From Gemmatimonadota bacterium (GTDB taxonomy: Bacteria; Gemmatimonadota; Gemmatimonadetes; Gemmatimonadales; Gemmatimonadaceae), in contig JAZJZK010000005.1 of NCBI GenBank assembly GCA_040389905.1, positions 250,529-314,528 of the forward strand: a stretch of 64,000 bases of DNA, given 5' to 3'. The notes beneath the pieces were generated by a model. That model did not search any database. It was not told the origin of the DNA and was given only the letters and a program-made list of their open reading frames with translations. Positions 1-9,077 of this stretch are shown piece by piece (positions within the stretch are counted from its first letter, which is position 1; each line of letters opens with the position of its first letter). Both the position numbers and the translations under genes were made by a program.

Positions 1-78
1 TCGCTATGCTCAGGGCGACAAACGAGCGGTTTTTCCTCTGCGGCCCTCTGCTCCTCCGCGTCCTCTGCGGTGAAAACG
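1..78. repeat. Partial composite palindromic repeat (family A right half + family B arm)
   Basis: GCTCAGGGCGACAAACGAGC followed by CCTCTGC...CCTCTGCGGTGAAAACG; same arrangement as the minus strand of the element at 25142-25322. Confidence 0.75.
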
Positions 79-151
79 ACGTGGCGCCTGACACCACTTC
101 GAATCATGTTTGGCGATCCCCCGCCGCGCGCAGAGTGACTAGCATTCCAGT

Positions 152-1150
152 ATGACTTTACCAACGCGACTGTCCTACGGTTTCATCGTCCTGCTGCTCA
201 TCGCTGCCGACTACCTGCACATCGCCACCCCACTGGTGACCGTGCTGTTCTGCTATTTCGCGCTCGACAAGCTCGGCGTCGGCGACCGGAAGTGGCTCGG
301 TGTGAGTGTGTTCCTTATCCTGCTCAGCGCTGCTGGAGTGGGCTTCTCGTTCTTCATCAAGCAGGCTCTCGTCGCGCTTCCGCGGATGGCGGAAACCACC
401 ATTCCCGTCGTCCTCGGTTGGGCGGAGAAGCAGGGCATCGAGCTGCCCTTTGCAGACTATCAGAGCCTGCGGTTGCTGGCGCTGAACGCGGTGAAGGGTG
501 AGTTGGGCGGGCTGGGCAAGTACGCCGGCACCGCCGTGGTACAGACGGCCGCCGTCATCATCGGCATCGTGGTCGCGATCAGCCTCTTCCTGAATCCGAA
601 ATTCGACCTCGAAGCGAACCTGCCACACCACGACAACAATCTCTATACGTTGACCGGCGAGGAGGTGGGGCAGCGATTCCGGACACTCTACCGCAGCTTC
701 GCTACCGTCATGGGTGCGCAGATCATTATCTCGGCGATCAACACGACGGTGACAGCCCTCTTTCTCTACCTGGCCGGCTTTCCCAATGCGCCGGTGATCA
801 TCGGCACCACGTTCCTTTGCGGATTGATCCCGATTATCGGAAACCTGATCAGCAATACCATCATCGTCGGCGTCGGATTCACGATCGCGCCGCAACTGGC
901 GCTGATGGCGCTCATTTTTCTGATCGTCCTCCACAAGTTCGAATACTTTCTCAACAGCAAGATTGTCGGCGATCGCATTCAGAACCCCATGTGGCTCACG
1001 CTGATCGGCCTCGTGATCGGGGAGAAGCTCATGGGGATTCCGGGGATGATCCTCGCGCCCGTCATGCTGCACTACATCAAGGTGGAGGCGAAGGGAAACC
1101 AGCCGCTCATCGCGCTTCCCGACGACCCGCAGCCCTCGACCCTCGTTTGA
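152..1150 (+). CDS. AI-2E (PerM/TqsA) family transporter
   Basis: Multi-TM 332 aa protein with family-like motifs [16 protein letters not shown] and GIPGMILAP. Confidence 0.85.
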   Translation: MTLPTRLSYGFIVLLLIAADYLHIATPLVTVLFCYFALDKLGVGDRKWLGVSVFLILLSAAGVGFSFFIKQALVALPRMAETTIPVVLGWAEKQGIELPFADYQSLRLLALNAVKGELGGLGKYAGTAVVQTAAVIIGIVVAISLFLNPKFDLEANLPHHDNNLYTLTGEEVGQRFRTLYRSFATVMGAQIIISAINTTVTALFLYLAGFPNAPVIIGTTFLCGLIPIIGNLISNTIIVGVGFTIAPQLALMALIFLIVLHKFEYFLNSKIVGDRIQNPMWLTLIGLVIGEKLMGIPGMILAPVMLHYIKVEAKGNQPLIALPDDPQPSTLV

Positions 1151-1152
1151 CG

Positions 1153-1791
1153 ATGCAATTCCCCGACGCGGCGCGCGATCTCGCGGAGCTCGGACGCCGT
1201 TTTCATGGTCGCGGGTGGGCCCTGGGCACCAGCGGAAACTTCAGCGTCGTGGTGAGTCGCGATCCGCTCCGCCTCGCCATTTCGGCGAGCTCAATCGCGA
1301 AAGGAACGATGCGCGACGCGGACGTCCTGGAAGTCGACGACCGCGGTGTGCCGTCTGGCCCAGGTGCAGGCGCACCGTCGGCGGAAACACTCCTCCACGT
1401 GGAGATTGCCAGGCGCTGCAGTGCCGGCGCGGTGCTGCACACCCACTCCGTGTGGGCAACGATACTCTCGGGGTTGGCCGCGCATTCCGAGGGCATTGCG
1501 ATCGAGGGATTCGAGATGCTCAAGGGGCTCGCCGGCGTGCGCACGCACGAACATCGCGAGTGGATTCCCGTCGTCGACAACGACCAGGACATGACGCGCC
1601 TCGCGCCGGTCGTCGGCGCAGTGCTGGAACGAAATCCAGGCGTCCACGCATTCCTCTTGAGGCGGCATGGGATGTACACGTGGGGAGCAACGCTGGCGGA
1701 AGCGGAACGACACGTCGAGATTCTCGAATTCCTGCTCGAAGCGACTGGCCGTTCAATGATGCTCGGGTCAAGGGATCATGGAGGTGGGTGA
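1153..1791 (+). CDS. mtnB: Methylthioribulose-1-phosphate dehydratase
   Basis: Class II aldolase motifs [31 protein letters not shown] 2 nt after the upstream stop; next to mtnD/mtnC. Confidence 0.93.
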   Translation: MQFPDAARDLAELGRRFHGRGWALGTSGNFSVVVSRDPLRLAISASSIAKGTMRDADVLEVDDRGVPSGPGAGAPSAETLLHVEIARRCSAGAVLHTHSVWATILSGLAAHSEGIAIEGFEMLKGLAGVRTHEHREWIPVVDNDQDMTRLAPVVGAVLERNPGVHAFLLRRHGMYTWGATLAEAERHVEILEFLLEATGRSMMLGSRDHGGG

Positions 1792-2366
1792 TGGCACAGG
1801 TGAAGATTCCGGCGGAGAACCGCACGATCACGGATGATGGCGCGGTGGGCCAATACCTGGCGTCGCAAGGCATCGACTACGAACACCTCGGCTCCGTGCC
1901 GACCGCTGTTGGTGCGACGTCGGGGGAACTGCTCGCGGCCTATGCGCCGAAGATCGACGAACTGAAGGCGCGCGGGGGGTACATCACCGCGGACGTCATC
2001 GATGTCAAGGACGATACGCCGGGGTTGGACGCCATGCTGAAGCGCTTCAGCAGCGAGCACTGGCACGACGAGGATGAAGTTCGGTTGATCGTCGAGGGTC
2101 GAGGGATTTTTCACATCCACCCAACTGACGGTCCGGTGTTCGTGATCGAGGTTGCGGCGGGTGATTTGATTCGGGTTCCCAGGGGAACACATCACTGGTT
2201 CGATCTGTGTGGCGAGCGTCGCATTCGCGCCATTCGGCTCTTCCAGGATATCTCGGGATGGACGCCGCACTATACCGAGAGTGGGGTCGACACGGGTTTC
2301 CAACCGTTGTGCTTCGGGCCGGCGTACATCCCTCAGGCGAGAGTGACGCCCAGTATCGACGTATGA
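1791..2366 (+). CDS. mtnD: Acireductone dioxygenase (cupin)
   Basis: [10 protein letters not shown] metal motif, [29 protein letters not shown] coupling to mtnB. Confidence 0.93.
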   Translation: MAQVKIPAENRTITDDGAVGQYLASQGIDYEHLGSVPTAVGATSGELLAAYAPKIDELKARGGYITADVIDVKDDTPGLDAMLKRFSSEHWHDEDEVRLIVEGRGIFHIHPTDGPVFVIEVAAGDLIRVPRGTHHWFDLCGERRIRAIRLFQDISGWTPHYTESGVDTGFQPLCFGPAYIPQARVTPSIDV

Positions 2367-3127
2367 GTGCCGGCGTCACGTTATCGCCCTCGGTGCGAGG
2401 CATTGTTCTCGACATCGAGGGAACGACGACGCCGATTTCGTTCGTGCACGAGACGCTGTTTTCCTACGCGCGTGAGCATCTGCGTGAATTGTTGGCGGAG
2501 GCCGATCGTGACGACGTGCGCGTCGCGCTCGAGGGTCTTCGTCGCGAATGGGACGCAGATCCGGAGGTGCAGGCCCTTCGTTTCACCCAGGGCGACAGAA
2601 CGAGCGGCTCCTTCGGCACGATGGCGTACCTCACCTGGCTCATGGACCGGGACAGGAAATCACCTGCGTTGAAGACCTTGCAAGGGCTGGTGTGGCAGCG
2701 CGGATACCAAGCCGGAACGCTCTCCAGCGAGGTCTATCCGGACGTCCCGCGCGCCTTCGCGCGGTGGCGGGCAGACGGACTGCGCATCGCCATCTATTCA
2801 TCGGGAAGTGTGCTCGCTCAGCGCCTCCTCTTTGCGCACACGACCCATGGCGATCTGACCCCGTTCATCGAGCAGTATTTCGACACGGGGGTTGGCGCGA
2901 AGCAGTCGCAGGACAGCTATGTACGGATTGCCGAGGCGATGGAATGTGCGGGAGGCGAACTACTCTTCGTCTCTGACATCATCGGAGAGCTGCACGCCGC
3001 ACGGGCAGCGGGGATCGACACGCTCCTTTGCGTCCGGGACGCGAGCGCCGATGTGATTGATTCGCGTCCCAAGACGATCGCCACCTTTGACGAGATAGCC
3101 GGACCGGGCACGACTCCGCAGAGATAG
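2363..3127 (+). CDS. mtnC: Enolase-phosphatase E1 (HAD family)
   Basis: [35 protein letters not shown] motifs; ATGA overlap with mtnD. Confidence 0.95.
   Translation: MSAGVTLSPSVRGIVLDIEGTTTPISFVHETLFSYAREHLRELLAEADRDDVRVALEGLRREWDADPEVQALRFTQGDRTSGSFGTMAYLTWLMDRDRKSPALKTLQGLVWQRGYQAGTLSSEVYPDVPRAFARWRADGLRIAIYSSGSVLAQRLLFAHTTHGDLTPFIEQYFDTGVGAKQSQDSYVRIAEAMECAGGELLFVSDIIGELHAARAAGIDTLLCVRDASADVIDSRPKTIATFDEIAGPGTTPQR
2563..2607 (+). repeat. Family A palindromic repeat half, in frame inside mtnC
   Basis: GGAGGTGCAGGCCCTTCGTTTCACCCAGGGCGACAGAACGAGC nearly matches the gspH copy GGAGGTGCAGGCCCTTCGCTTCGCTCAGGGCGACAAAACGAGC. Confidence 0.85.
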
Positions 3128-3158
3128 CCGAGCGCCGGCGTTCGTCCTATCTTCGCGC

Positions 3159-4805
3159 ATGAGCTCTCCCTCCATGGCACCCGCTAACGGCTCCGCGTCC
3201 GGTCCGGTTCCGTACCGGTGGGCAACCACCGGCGACATCAACGCCTTCTTCGGCTTGATGCTCGACAACGTGGTAAATCTCGCAGTTCTCGCCGGCATCC
3301 TCGTCGCCGCCTTCGGATTCCCCGCGCAGCTCGTCTACACGCGCATGTTTCCGGGCACCGCCTTCGGCGTGATGTTCGGCGACATCGTCTATACCATCAT
3401 GGCGATTCGCCTCGCGAAGCGGACGGGCCGGACCGACGTGACGGCGATGCCCCTCGGACTCGACGCCCCCTCGACGATCGGCATGGCGCTCACCGTGCTC
3501 GGACCCGCCTTCGTCGTCGCAAAGGGCCGGATGCCCGAGGCCGACGCCGCGATCCTCGCGTGGCAGGTGGGCATGGCCGTGATGGTGCTGATGGGCGTCT
3601 TCAAGCTCATCATGTCCTTCATCGGTGATCGCATTCGTCGCGCGATCCCGGAAGCCGGATTGCTCGGCTCCATCGGCGGCGTTGGCTTCGCACTTCTCGG
3701 TACGCTGCAACTCGGCGAGATCTATGGCGAGCCGATCGTCGGCATGATGGCGCTCGGCGTCATCCTCTACACGCTCGTGGCAAAGATCAAGCTACCATTT
3801 CGAGCACCGGAGGTGCTCGTCAGCGTATTGATCGGCGCCATCCTCTACTACGCACTCGGTGCACTCGGCCTCTCGGTGCATCACGTGGCGACGCCGGTGG
3901 CGAGTTTCCCGCTCGGCTTTCCCACGCCCTCGCTGGGATTCCTGACAGGCATGCCGATCGCGGTGCGTGACTATCTCCCGCTCGCGTTGCCCTTTGCGAT
4001 TCTCACGGTCATCGGCGGCATCAACGTCACCGAGAGTGCACGCCTCGCCGGCGACGATTACAACACGCGCGACATCCTGCTGACGGAAGCGATTGCCACG
4101 CTCATCGCCGGGGTGTGCGGTGGGGTCAGCCAGTCGACGCCGTACATCGGCCATCCCGCATACAAGGCAATGGGAGGGCGTGCGGGGTACACGCTCGCGA
4201 CCGGGTTGTTCATCGGACTCGGTGGAATGCTTGGCTACATCGCCTTTATGGCGGATGCGATCCCGAAGCCTGCACTGGCGCCAATCCTGGTGTTCGTCGG
4301 GCTGGACATCGCGGACCAAGCCTACACCGCGACCCCTCGGCGCCACGCCGCTGCGGTGACGCTCGCTGTTCTTCCGTCAGTTGCGCAACTGGTGTTGATC
4401 TTTCTCTCGCAGGTGTACGGGGGCGCGCTGTTGGCGTCGGCGATCGATCCGGCAGGCACGATGAAGGCCACGGGATTGATGAACCCGGATTTCATCAAGA
4501 CCTGCGGCGTGATGGTGCTGCTGGCGCACGGCTTCATTCTTACGGCGATGCTGTGGGGCGGGGCGGTGGCATTCATGATCGACCGGCGGATTCAGGCGGC
4601 CGCCGTGACCCTCGCGGTGTGCGGGGCGCTGTCATTCTTCGGTGTGATCCACTCCGTTACTGCCACAGGAGGGATCTACCTGCCGTGGACGACAGGCTCG
4701 GCGCTGCCGTACCACTGGACGGTGGCGTATTTCGGGTTCGCCGTGATGATCTTGCTATTGTCGAAATCGAAGGAGTTCCGCGAGGCGCCTGCGTTCGCAC
4801 AATGA
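3159..4805 (+). CDS. NCS2/AzgA-like nucleobase permease
   Basis: Many TM segments; GDINAFFGL, NVTESARLAGDDY and YIGHPAYKAMGGRAGY motifs typical of AzgA-related permeases. Confidence 0.8.
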   Translation: MSSPSMAPANGSASGPVPYRWATTGDINAFFGLMLDNVVNLAVLAGILVAAFGFPAQLVYTRMFPGTAFGVMFGDIVYTIMAIRLAKRTGRTDVTAMPLGLDAPSTIGMALTVLGPAFVVAKGRMPEADAAILAWQVGMAVMVLMGVFKLIMSFIGDRIRRAIPEAGLLGSIGGVGFALLGTLQLGEIYGEPIVGMMALGVILYTLVAKIKLPFRAPEVLVSVLIGAILYYALGALGLSVHHVATPVASFPLGFPTPSLGFLTGMPIAVRDYLPLALPFAILTVIGGINVTESARLAGDDYNTRDILLTEAIATLIAGVCGGVSQSTPYIGHPAYKAMGGRAGYTLATGLFIGLGGMLGYIAFMADAIPKPALAPILVFVGLDIADQAYTATPRRHAAAVTLAVLPSVAQLVLIFLSQVYGGALLASAIDPAGTMKATGLMNPDFIKTCGVMVLLAHGFILTAMLWGGAVAFMIDRRIQAAAVTLAVCGALSFFGVIHSVTATGGIYLPWTTGSALPYHWTVAYFGFAVMILLLSKSKEFREAPAFAQ

Positions 4806-4826
4806 GTGAGTTCCCATCCTGAAGCA

Positions 4827-4941
4827 TGTCATCCCGCACGAGCCGACGGCGAGTGTCGGGATCTACTCTCTGGGGAGAGGGGCCAGCTTATGGCGCAAGG
4901 ACGATAGATCCCGACATGCGCTTCGCGCATGCGGGATGACA
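4827..4941. repeat. REP/REPIN-like palindromic element (family A variant)
   Basis: Terminal IR TGTCATCCCGCA...TGCGGGATGACA with inner IR TGTCGGGATCTA/TAGATCCCGACA; sister copy at 8893-9014. Confidence 0.85.
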
Positions 4942-4973
4942 ACGAGTATCAGGACGAACACGACACGCCCGAG

Positions 4974-5318
4974 CTAGAGATCGAGCACGAGGCGGAGCCC
5001 GCGAGCGACGGCCGTCATCGTCGCGCCGTCCACTGCGCCGATTCGCTTGATCAACGCTCTACGGTCGACCGCGATTGGCTGCGAAACATTGACAACCGAG
5101 TCCTTCTCGAGCGCTGAGTCACGCGCACGGATCAGGACATTACCCGGCGCATCTGCTCGCTGGATGTTGGTGGTGAGCGGCACGATGACCGTGCTGGCGA
5201 TTCTGCTGTGATTGAATCCGTCGCTCTGCACAACGAGCACCGGACGACGAAAGCCGGGCGCTGCGCCGACTGGAGCGTCGAGGTCCGCCCACCAAAGCTC
5301 GCCGCGGCGGATCACCAT
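4974..5318 (-). CDS. mazF: MazF/PemK family toxin (endoribonuclease)
   Basis: RRGELWWADL..PVG..PGFRRPVLVVQSD, VPLTTN, SVVNVSQ. Confidence 0.92.
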   Translation of the reverse strand: MVIRRGELWWADLDAPVGAAPGFRRPVLVVQSDGFNHSRIASTVIVPLTTNIQRADAPGNVLIRARDSALEKDSVVNVSQPIAVDRRALIKRIGAVDGATMTAVARGLRLVLDL

Positions 5319-5548
5319 TCGTTCGTCGCGAGGGTCCGTCGAGCGGCCTCGACCAGAAAAGAGTCCGGGCGACCATCCTCCACGGCGTAGACCGCATTCA
5401 ACCGTTCGGTCACCTCCGCATGCCGGTGCTTTGCCACATACTCGGCCAGCGCTTCCGCGACGAGCCCACTGCGGCTCTTGCCAAGGCTCCTGGCGAGTGC
5501 TTCAGCCTCAGCGTATAGGTCATCAGGGAGGGAAATAGCTGTTTTCAT
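5312..5548 (-). CDS. Ribbon-helix-helix antitoxin
   Basis: MKTAISLPDDL..AEALA...GKSRS.LVAEALAEY RHH signature; overlaps the toxin start. Confidence 0.9.
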   Translation of the reverse strand: MKTAISLPDDLYAEAEALARSLGKSRSGLVAEALAEYVAKHRHAEVTERLNAVYAVEDGRPDSFLVEAARRTLATNEW

Positions 5549-5573
5549 ACCTGAAGTATACCAAAGTTATACC
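5547..5573 (-). promoter_or_regulatory. Probable TA promoter/operator: three GGTAT repeats at 11-bp spacing, TATACT -10
   Basis: Minus strand GGTATAACTTTGGTATACTTCAGGTATG; TATACT lies 6 nt before the ATG. Confidence 0.6.
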
Positions 5574-8500
5574 AAGTGGTCCAGCGGCCACTCTCCCTGC
5601 TCCTGATCCAGTGACGTCGACACCCCAAGCGGAAACATTGGCGATCCCGGGGACCACAACTCGATGGTTTCCGCGTGCTCCTCGAAGTATCGGGCATCGG
5701 TCGTCACCCGTACCTCGGCAGCCATACCGGGCGCGATATACGCGTACTCTCTGTTCGACATCTCACGAACGCCGATCCCTGGTGGCCTCGCATCCTCGCG
5801 GCGAAGTACCGCGTCGAGCATCGCCAGGTTCAGCGCCGGCGCCGGTCGCGCAGGCATTTCAAGTGCATCATCCGTGAGGACATCGAGGTCGAGACCGGAG
5901 TGCTGCGCTTCCATCGCATCCACTTGGCTCGTCACGCTGGAGGCGAGCAGTGCACGAACTTCCTCGGTCGCGCGGCCTCCTCGAAGAACCGTGTCGGCGA
6001 TCGTTCGCGGCAAGCTCGACAGGATCGGCTGAAGCCGTCCGACGACCGATTCGAACAGCTTGATGCGACTCCGGAGCGCCATGTAGACGTCTGCCTCGAC
6101 CGTGTCCTGATAGTGCAGGTTCAGGACGCGGATTACTGGATACTTCTGTCCGAGCCTGTCAATGCGTCCGATCCGTTGCTCGACGCGCATGGGGTTCCAC
6201 GGCATGTCGTAATTCACCATTGCGCCGCAGAATTGGAAGTTGAGTCCTTCCGCGGCAGCATCGGTGCACAGGAGAAGATCCGCCTTGCCTTCGCGAAAGC
6301 GGCGCTTCACGTCGTCGCGGGACACCGAGAGCCAACGCCCATCCGTCGAGAGAATCTCCCCACCTCGCCCGGAGAAGCACATGATCGACCCAAGCTCCTG
6401 CGTTGCGAGATACTTGCGCAGGAAGTCCATGGTGTCGGTGAATTGCGTGAACACCATCGCTTGGGCGTAGCCATCCTGGCGCATGCCTCGCAACACCTCG
6501 GCAAGCTTCAACGCCTTGGTGTCCACCGGCAGCGCCGCGACACGACGGAGCAATGCCTCGATGTCACCGCGTTCCTCCGTCTTCAGCGCCTCCTGCTCGA
6601 GTCGCGCCGCCTCATCGGCGTCCATGACCTCGTCCTGGGCTTCATCGTCAGACGCATTTTCCGCGGCAGACATTGGCTTCTGAAGCGGAACGAGTCGATT
6701 TTCCAGAGTCTGTCCGAGCGCGCGAAAGCTGCTCGCCAGCCGCCGACGGTAGACCGTCATCACGAAGCCGACCGCGTTCTTCGCAGTCGGCGACGCCTGG
6801 TTGTACGTCGTGGAGATGTAGTCCTCCACGGCCTCGTATGCCGAGCGCTCCGCGGGTGTGAGGTGGATGAAGACGTCTCTGACGTCACGATCGGCAATCG
6901 GCGTGTCGATCTTGCCCGCCTTGTAGTATCTCCGCAGCAAGTCACGCGTATGACGCGAAACGAGATTCGACACCGGCGTGGTGGAACGCATCAGCCGAAG
7001 CGCCGCTGCACGATTCTGCGCATCCAGCTGCAGCCGTGGAATACCGGATGCGTCACGAAGTGCAGCGAGAATCTTGTTCGCACGCAGCTTGCTGGCGACG
7101 TCAAGCCTCGTCATCGTCGCCAGCGTTGTCTCACCATACGCACGCTCTGCTTCCCGGAACATCTCTGCCAGCTCGTCGAACTCGGTGACGGACGGAGCCG
7201 GCTTTCCGACCAGGTCGAAGAACCTCAAGAAAGCCGACTCACTCCACGCAGCGGGGAGGCCGAGCAGATCGAGAAGATCCCACATCTCGACAGGGTGCAC
7301 CTGCATCGGCGTCGCGGTGAGCATGAGTAGACCCTTCGTTCTCTCGCGCAACCGGCGCATCAACCTCAGAAGCGCATTCGGCCCCTCCTCGGCTTGAGAC
7401 CCTGCGCCCTTCCTACGTGCATGGTGTGCCTCGTCGAGAACGATCAGGTCCCAGGGCTCGGCGTCTTCACACAACTCCTTCTCGCGATCGCGCCGTCGCA
7501 TGAGATGGCTCGAGGCAATGACCACATCGTCCCTGTGCCAATCGGCGCGCGAAACCTGTTTCCGATCAGCGCCCTTCTTTCCCGGAGACGGATACCAGGT
7601 CAGGGCGCCTTCGTCATAGATTGGCCAGTTGAGATTGAACTTCTCGCGCAATTCCAGCTGCCACTGCCGCATGACCGCCGCAGGCGTAAGGATCAGGATG
7701 CGACGTGCTCGCTTCGCGAGCCAGGCCTGCCGCACGAGCATTCCGGCCTGGATCGTCTTGCCGAGTCCTACTTCATCGGCGATGAGGAGCCGAGGTGCGT
7801 CGCTCGCGTAAAGACGTTCGAATGCGCGAATCTGGTGCGGCCAGGGTTGGACGCTGCACGTTGCCTCGCCGACGAGCGAGCCGCCGTTCTCGAAGGTTGG
7901 CGCGCGCTCGATGTAACTCCAGACCTGTTGTCGCAGATCGAGTGGTGGCGGGCGGTCTGCTTGGGGCGGGCGTGGCTCGGTTGCCTCTGGTTGCGGGACC
8001 GGCAGAGGTGGAGTGTGAATCAGGCGTGCTGGCAAATCGGATTCCGGCATGAAGCGAAGGAGATCGGCCTTCGCCGCGGCGGGCACATCGATGGTGATGA
8101 CGCGTTTCGCCTTGTCTGCCCAGATCTTCGCGAAGTCCTCTGCCTCTCGCGCCGCGTGATCTGCCGTGCCCGTCCAGCTCGAAAAAACGGCGAAGCTTTC
8201 CCAGTTTCTCTTCCAGCCAGAGTAGGTCTCGTTAATGGAGCCATTGAACGCGAGACGATTCCCATTGGAATCCTCGATGACTCCAGCCTTCTCGTGGAAA
8301 ATTCCCTCAGCGCTCATGGGGACGCGGTTGGCGTCGCAGGGGATGGCGACTTTCACATCGAGAAATCCGTGCTGCACCATCCACGCGAGGAGCTCCAGCG
8401 CCTCCTTCGATGGATCGTCTGGCGGCACGAGTGGACGCTCCTTCATGTGGTGCTCGACCGCATCTCGCAACGACATGCCGTGTGAGATCGCCTCGATCTC

Positions 8501-8725
8501 TGCTTGCGCCAAGGTGCAGCCGACAATGAGACGCATGCGTCCGTTGTTCCGTACGAGCCCTTCGATGCCGCGCATGGCGAGTCCAAGTGCCGGTGCGCCG
8601 AAGTATCCCGTCGATCGATCGTAACTGACCGCACATTCGAGGGCGGGCACGTAGAACAACTCGACGAGATCACCGTCGTCTGGTGTGTACTTGAGCTGCC
8701 AGCTGCGCTCGGTGAGACTAGGCAT
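5567..8725 (-). CDS. PLD-nuclease + SNF2 helicase fusion (restriction-like defence system)
   Basis: HEK...GSIN PLD motif; ADEVGLGKT, DEAHH, LTATP, QRIGRIDRLGQ. Likely start MPSLTER at 8725; ORF is open to 8809. Confidence 0.9.
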   Translation of the reverse strand: MPSLTERSWQLKYTPDDGDLVELFYVPALECAVSYDRSTGYFGAPALGLAMRGIEGLVRNNGRMRLIVGCTLAQAEIEAISHGMSLRDAVEHHMKERPLVPPDDPSKEALELLAWMVQHGFLDVKVAIPCDANRVPMSAEGIFHEKAGVIEDSNGNRLAFNGSINETYSGWKRNWESFAVFSSWTGTADHAAREAEDFAKIWADKAKRVITIDVPAAAKADLLRFMPESDLPARLIHTPPLPVPQPEATEPRPPQADRPPPLDLRQQVWSYIERAPTFENGGSLVGEATCSVQPWPHQIRAFERLYASDAPRLLIADEVGLGKTIQAGMLVRQAWLAKRARRILILTPAAVMRQWQLELREKFNLNWPIYDEGALTWYPSPGKKGADRKQVSRADWHRDDVVIASSHLMRRRDREKELCEDAEPWDLIVLDEAHHARRKGAGSQAEEGPNALLRLMRRLRERTKGLLMLTATPMQVHPVEMWDLLDLLGLPAAWSESAFLRFFDLVGKPAPSVTEFDELAEMFREAERAYGETTLATMTRLDVASKLRANKILAALRDASGIPRLQLDAQNRAAALRLMRSTTPVSNLVSRHTRDLLRRYYKAGKIDTPIADRDVRDVFIHLTPAERSAYEAVEDYISTTYNQASPTAKNAVGFVMTVYRRRLASSFRALGQTLENRLVPLQKPMSAAENASDDEAQDEVMDADEAARLEQEALKTEERGDIEALLRRVAALPVDTKALKLAEVLRGMRQDGYAQAMVFTQFTDTMDFLRKYLATQELGSIMCFSGRGGEILSTDGRWLSVSRDDVKRRFREGKADLLLCTDAAAEGLNFQFCGAMVNYDMPWNPMRVEQRIGRIDRLGQKYPVIRVLNLHYQDTVEADVYMALRSRIKLFESVVGRLQPILSSLPRTIADTVLRGGRATEEVRALLASSVTSQVDAMEAQHSGLDLDVLTDDALEMPARPAPALNLAMLDAVLRREDARPPGIGVREMSNREYAYIAPGMAAEVRVTTDARYFEEHAETIELWSPGSPMFPLGVSTSLDQEQGEWPLDHLV

Positions 8726-8892
8726 CACACGCTCGGCGGCGAGCGACGCCACTAGTCGGGTCAAACGTTCGCCGCGGGCGCGCGGGCGAAGAGGGAGTCG
8801 CACGGGCATGCGACAACGTAGGCGTTGCCGAGCGCGGGAGCGTCATCATTGTATTGCCGAGCGTATCATTTGTTGAGCTAACCTCCACCGTT

Positions 8893-9014
8893 TGTCATCC
8901 CGCACGAGCGCCAGCGAGTGTCGGGATCTACCGTCCGTGCCCGGTAGCTGGCCATCCTCGCCGCGACAGTAGATCCCGACACTCGCTCGCGTTGCTCGCT
9001 CATGCGGGATGACA
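8893..9014. repeat. REP/REPIN-like palindromic element (family A variant)
   Basis: TGTCATCCCGCA...GAGTGTCGGGATCTAC...GTAGATCCCGACACTC...TGCGGGATGACA. Confidence 0.85.
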
Positions 9015-9077
9015 TCCATGGCCACGCGCGCCAGAACTGGTCGTTCCAGGGCGGCACTAGCCCGGAGAATTTCCACT

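Noticed and set aside
817..2362. Long N-terminal extensions of the mtnB/mtnD/mtnC ORFs in the track
   Set aside because: They overlap upstream genes in other frames; coupled starts at 1153, 1791 and 2363 fit family lengths
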